DNA of 58,563 bases, taken from contig JAUCBJ010004881.1 in assembly GCA_032718475.1 (NCBI GenBank), positions 1-58,563 of the forward strand. The letters are read 5' to 3'. The translations under genes were made by a program, and so were the position numbers. Positions 53,200-58,563 of this stretch are shown here, piece after piece. Position 1 is the stretch's first letter, and every line of letters starts with the position of its first letter. The notes under the pieces were generated by a model. The model was not told the DNA's origin. It saw only the letters and a list, made by a program, of their open reading frames with translations, and did no database searches. The DNA is from Nemertoderma westbladi. Its lineage: Eukaryota > Animalia > Xenacoelomorpha.

Positions 53200-56100
53200 G
53201 CGTTAGTATTGGTACGGAAATATTTTCAGTTTCTAAGCTTTTGGGTTGGATACTATTTAGAGGTGTTTACACAATGGCGTCCTCAGGTGCATAGTACTGG
53301 TGGAAGAAATGGCGGTTGCACCACCATGTGCGCCTGGAGGCGATTTTCACGCGATAGTCTCAGTTGGGGCCAACACCTACTACAGTGCCAATGTTGTTCC
53401 ATCGTTTGGAGCATGGGTTTTGCATCTGCACTCGCATACCGGGGCGAAACGGTCAATGATTGTGGGCCGTTTGGTTGTAGTGAACTGTATTAGTTTTACG
53501 GAGTTCTTCTGCTCTTTTATCGATCGCATTGGCTTTCTCACGCAATTGTAGAGCATAGGCCGTGTAATGAGCGGGTACATGAGTCTGCATTTGTCATCCA
53601 AATACGACTTCATTTGGAGACCTCCCACCTGCGTGTGTAGTGTTCCGGATTTCCATTATGCAATGCTGGAATTCCTCGGACTTTGTGTTGTTCCGCGGTA
53701 CTTTCCGGGTGAGAGTTTTTATTAGTTTTATGGCAGACTCGGCGTGGCGTGTCTGTTACTCTGTGGAAAGTGTGGGGTGCTGGGAGACCAGCTTACTCCC
53801 CACCGTTTCAGAAACTGTTGGAAGAATGGAGCCGAAACTGGGGTCCGCCATCAGTGCGCAGTCTGGTTGGGACCCCGAGGTCCACAAACCAGGAACGCAT
53901 CGCATAAGCAACAGCCCTAGCAGTGGGATCACTACTCCATTCGTGTACCATTGGGTATCCCGAGAGGTGGTCGGCATAGGCAAGGTAGTCTCGAACAGAT
54001 CAGCGGAGACAGATTCGAAAGTCCACTTGGGCATCTCATCAGTACGCAAAGTCTCCTTCTGGAGGCACGGTCAAAGCATCTGGCACGCTTTGCATTGATT
54101 GACTCAATTTTGCGTGATATTCCTGGCCAATAAACTGTCTGCCAGGCGCATTGCTTCGCCCGGGTCATCCCCTGATGGGATGCATGGAGGCAGTTTAATA
54201 CATCACGTTGGTGGGCCTGTGGGATGACAATGCGACCCCCAAAGAGTATGAGGTCATCCTCAATTGCAAGTTCATTGCTGATGGATTTAAACATCTGGAC
54301 ATATGGTGATATATTCCAGATGTCTCGGAAGTCATTCTCGATCTCCCAAATTAGTTCGGTATAGCTGGAGTCGCCTTGGGCTGCCGAGCGCAACTCATCC
54401 AACACGGGGTCAGTATGGGAGGTGGGTTGCACCTCTCCGGCGTGAGTTAGAACTGCACAGATAGAGGCTGCAGTTCGGGAGTCCCAGCCGAATTCAGCGT
54501 CATCCACTGCCAGATCCTCCACAGGTGAGCCACTTAGGCAGTCGTTGATACGGGGCGACTTTCCTTTTTGCCACTCCTGTTGGAATTGGTAACTCGATTG
54601 TAAGTCTGCCTTTATCCGCTGTATTTTGTGTTGTCAACTTGATCTATCGAATATGAGTTGAATATGGTTTTCAGTGGGCGGTGGTCAGTCACCACCATGA
54701 AGGTCAGTAAACCCGATAGATAAATCCGACACTTCTGTGTAGCGTAACAGATTGCTAGCTCTTCCAGTTCTATGGTCATGTAGCAAGTTTCAGGATCCGA
54801 TAGGAACTGGCTACCACAAGCAATAAGTTTCCAATTGTTCCCATTGAGCTGTAAAAGGTCGAATCCAAATTCATGGAGGTGACTGGTGTCAGTTGGGGTT
54901 GAATGGAGCGATGACCGGTGGTTGTACGAGTGTGAGTTTTACGTTGTTGAATGCTGCCTCATGGGTTGCCGTCTATTGGAAGAGGTTCTTGGTTCGGAGA
55001 AGGTTGCGGAGTGGGGCTGCAGTGCTGATGTTGCTGCAGAAATGGCCGAGTTGATTCACAAGGCCCATAAAACTCCGGAGATCAGTAAATGTTCTGCAGA
55101 GTAGGATACTCCACAATAGCCTTTACTTTATCTGGGTCCGCCTCTGTTCCTTCATCCGATACAATATATCCAGCAAACTTGACCTGTTTTTTAGCAAAAT
55201 CAAACTTGGCCGGATTTAACGTCATACCCGCGCCCCTGCACCATTGCAGTACCATATGGATGCATTGAACATGGTCATCGAGGTTGGAATCCTTGATGAG
55301 GATATTATCCACAACCTTGTGGACTTGTAGGACCCCTTGGAAGGCCATATCTCCACGATAATTGTATGAGTCACCAGCCAAAATAAACCACATAGGGGAA
55401 CGCGCTTAACGGAATCTACCCCAGGGTGTCAGGAAGGTTGTATACAGTAGTCTCTGGAATTTTCTTCCAGTTCTACCTGCCTTAACCAGATTTCGCATCC
55501 AGTTTTGTAAATATGTGAGCATTAGGGGTCCTGTCAGACACCACATTGAGGGCATTCTAGAATTATGAACTGTTCTATGCACCTGTGAGTTTAGTTTTGT
55601 TAGGTCCACCATCATTCGGACCTCATCGGGATGACAGGGTTTCGGGCAGGCGATGATATGGGATGGCACCAGGTTGTGGGCCGATCTCCCACATGTTCGA
55701 AGATGCCCTCCGCCTTCATATTCTCAATTTCGCGCTTCGCCTGTTTGCAATAAGGGAACGGAATAGGGTGGGCTGCATAAATGCAGAAAGGTACCGCTTT
55801 TTCCACCAACTCTATTGACATTATCTAACTCCATACATTGTTTGGAGGTGTCCATCCATTTGGAAGACATCCTTAAACTTCTCTAGGAGTTTGAGTTTAA
55901 TTTCGTTGGAGTTTATTGAAAGTTTGTGTTTAATTTCGTCAGAGTTTATCAAAAGTTCATATTTAATTTCGTCAGAGTTTATCGAAAGCTCGTGTTTAAT
56001 TTCGTTGCACTCGGAATTTATCGAAAATTTGCGTTTAATTTCGTTGGACTCGGAGTTTATCGAAAGTCCGCATTTTGTAGCTGCGGCGTATGATGGTTTG

Positions 56101-57455
56101 GGGGTGGGTTCAGAGTCTGATTTTGCGGAAACGCCCCGAACTGCCCGTTTGATGTAGTTGAATATATAGTTGAAATTGGTTAGGGGAAATCTTTATGTAC
56201 TATTCCCAAACCTTTGCAGGCCTATAGATATTTGTTCTCATTTCCAGACATAAATAAACCCACTCTTTATGAGTGTGGCCCCCTACTGAGAGTTCCAGAA
56301 AAAGTTTACCCTCACACTCGATTCAGCCACCGTTTGCTGATTGCAATGGAAAATCGGGAGGAATTATATCAGTCAACTCTGGTAATTGCCACTCCACTTG
56401 TATCGTTGAGCTGGCTACAGTCTTTTCACATGCTTGTAAGGCACATGTTTTTTCCCACATATTCGCTTGATTTGTGGAAATCTACCACAATAAGCGCACA
56501 TTGGTTTGCAGTGGTGCACTTGTGGATGTCAGTGATAAGGACGGTGCTGGATGTTTTTGGAGGAATTTTAGATTTAGGTTGTAAACACTGTGCGCCGAAG
56601 TGTCCAGTCCTCCCACAGTTACTACAATCCTTTCCTGCAGCTCTGTAGTGGTGGGTGGGGGTGGCTGGGTGGGGGTGTTTGCGGAATGCGGAGTCCATAC
56701 TGCATTCACACGCTGCCCTCTTATGAGTTTAGTATCACTTGCTGCGATTTCACTAGACTGGCAAAAATCGAGAGTTTCCAGTCGTGTTAGGGGTGGTCGT
56801 TTAGCAAAGAGTTCCTCCCATGTTTTGTCGTCATGGATACCTCAGATGAGGAGCATATTAATTAACCCAGTCGTTTGGGGTCATTGTTTCGAGACCAGCG
56901 TCGTCTGCCAGCTCACACAGTCGTATGTATTAATCGTCGAATGCCTGGTTCTCCGACTGTTGTAGTTGAGTTGGACGAGTTGATGGCCATCAACAACGAG
57001 GTTCCTCTCAGAACAGAGGTATAAGCGGATCTCCTCCATAACTTCCGCAAGAGTTTTGTCCGTGTTTACCGGGATGTTTAGGCAATGGTGGATGCAGTTG
57101 AGCACTCAGCAGAACAATGTGGGGGTGCGCTTGCGGGTCCCTGTCAGAGTAGTTGGAGGAATTCTGCCCTCTCTTCTGAATGGAGATGATCGTGATGTTC
57201 CTCACGGCGTTCATCGTTCTCCCGGTGGAACTACGTAAGGTCGGGCAGTTTATGTTTGTCGCCCTGCTCCTGGTCACCAAGCGCGCCCTTGAGTTGATTG
57301 CGTAGTTTGTTTGACAATGTTTGACAACGCTACGAATTTAATGGGATTCCAGCATTTTTACAGTGGATCTTAAGCGTCTCCTGGTCGAGATTATCAATTT
57401 CCTCGAACCGTAGATCGAGCCAATCGTCAGGTTGAATGGGAGTTGCCCTTGCCAT
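53200..57455 (-). pseudogene. Disrupted gag-pol polyprotein of the gypsy element
   Basis: Gag zinc knuckle CSNCGRTGHFGAQC. RT VRMMVDLTKLN, TTFLTPWGRFR, KVVDNIL, FAGYIV. RNaseH VVTDHRPL. Integrase LHASHQG...YWPGI, SADLF, TDGGPQF, STPHFPQSN. Many stops and frameshifts. Confidence 0.9.
55890..56067. repeat. Degenerate 33-39-bp tandem repeat (5 copies) inside gag-pol
   Basis: GTTTAATTTCGTY(N)RGAGTTTATCGAAAG repeated; some units carry 6 extra bases. Confidence 0.8.
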
Positions 57456-57520
57456 CCTGGTCAGCTACTGTTGTAAGTTCCACGTAGGTTACATTCTACT
57501 GGCTCTGTTTGCCAGCTACA

Positions 57521-57530
57521 CACTGCGCCA
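57521..57530 (-). other. Primer-binding site
   Basis: Minus strand TGGCGCAGTG directly after the CA end of the 5' LTR; TGG complements the tRNA CCA end. Confidence 0.8.
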
Positions 57531-57706
57531 TGTCATGTCTCGTATGTACTGTGTACAGTGGGCCAGTATCCAGCAGTACTGCAGTAATAAGCAGTCTGGA
57601 TGTACGGTTAAAGCCGCAAGTATGTATAATAATATTATGTATAATTCCCTTCACCCATGTTGCCGTATCAAACAGTATAAAATTGGGGCGAGCCATGAAC
57701 ACAACA
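57531..57706 (-). repeat. 5' LTR (176 bp, ~134 bp missing relative to the 3' LTR)
   Basis: TGTTGTGTTCATGGC...GACATGACA on the minus strand; matches both pieces of the 3' LTR. Confidence 0.9.
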
Positions 57707-57944
57707 CCTTCCTCAAAGAGGCATGATTGCATGCAATGTCCAGGTCTAGTTGCTTTTTATTTTACATACTTTAGTCCGAGAATACCTAACGGTAACGTTT
57801 TTTTACTTAATGTGCTTGACAATAAATATACAGTAATTAATACTGTAATAATAAATTTTTACTTTTTTAATAGCTCTTATCTTGAAAGGGACAAAGTGCA
57901 ATTTGATATGGTCGATCACGCTAAGTAAAATGCCAAAACTTATA

Positions 57945-57978
57945 GGGGCGGGGTGGGGGGGGGGGGGGGGGGGGGGGG
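57945..57978 (+). repeat. Poly-G tract with G-quadruplex potential; a second G-rich tract lies at ~58452-58481
   Basis: GGGGCGGGGT followed by more than 20 consecutive G. Confidence 0.8.
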
Positions 57979-58270
57979 TACACAATAACAATATAATTTG
58001 ACTTTTAGTGATCGTCGATTAAATTCGATATCTTGCTGTTATTAATTTGTGTGGAATTAATTTCGCACAGTCACCAAATCTCCAGGGCGACATATTTTCC
58101 AACTTTACATCGCAGTGCGACCATGTTTCTCAGTATGTCCCTCCCTACGCCATAGAGTTTACTATGTATTTCTAGTATATCCAGTATGTCACCGCGTCAT
58201 TATTAGGTTGTTCTAGAAAGTTTAAGGGCATAACTGCAAATAATTCCCTACAAATAAATAAAATTAGATT

Positions 58271-58375
58271 CGTCGTTGTTCATAATTAGCACATTAAAGC
58301 TTTTACGGCCCTCGATCTATTATTTCCCTCGCTCGTGCCGTAACGCTATAAATTGCTATTTTATGAACAATGACG
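58271..58375. repeat. Imperfect ~105-bp palindrome (hairpin or MITE-like remnant)
   Basis: CGTCGTTGTTCATAATTAGCA...TTACGGC vs GCCGTAA...TGCTATTTTATGAACAATGACG. Confidence 0.7.
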
Positions 58376-58499
58376 TATATAGTTAATATTTCTCGAATTC
58401 TGCCGCGGTATAGGTGTTTGTAAAGCTGTTGTTGCCTCAGCTAACGAGACAGGGGGGGGGGGGGTGGGGTAGGGGTGGGGGAACTGGACGCAAGTCCAT

Positions 58500-58563
58500 C
58501 TTGGCGAATTAATATCCCGCCCCAATGTTAAATTCTCAATTTAGGGAAAGGAGCAGGTTACAG
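58500..58563 (+). repeat. Unclassified dispersed repeat, copy C (runs off the right edge)
   Basis: Matches 6767-6829 with few mismatches. Confidence 0.85.

Larger units (their letters stand above)
49775..57706 (-). mobile_element. Ty3/gypsy LTR retrotransposon, decayed, with a 5-bp CCTTC TSD and an RTE nested in its 3' LTR
   Basis: TG...CA LTR ends; CCTTC at 49770-49774 and 57707-57711; PBS and PPT present; domain order gag-RT-RNaseH-IN. Confidence 0.92.

Overview
Eukaryotic (animal-like), AT-rich, repeat-dominated window with no intact host protein-coding gene that I can support. The centre (7375-40571) is a ~33.2 kb array of a 57-bp satellite (~580 units) with kilobase higher-order repeats; it produces all the giant ORFs on both strands. 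The left flank has a 41-bp satellite, a 1.06 kb non-autonomous TIR transposon inserted in a dispersed repeat (a paralogous empty site is in the window), a ~148-bp dimeric repeat and a 55-bp minisatellite. The right flank is a nested cluster of decayed transposons. It holds tRNA-derived SINEs, an L2 3' end, two RTE-type LINEs, a CRE-like endonuclease fragment and a Ty3/gypsy element whose 3' LTR is split by one RTE copy. It also holds a 2.66 kb foldback element with TAT...ATA ends and a 6-bp TSD (IS3EU-like), carrying a zinc-ribbon gene remnant between inward-facing CCAAT/TATA motifs. That element inserted into a 32-bp hAT-like mini-element. All family assignments come from motif recognition, not database searches.
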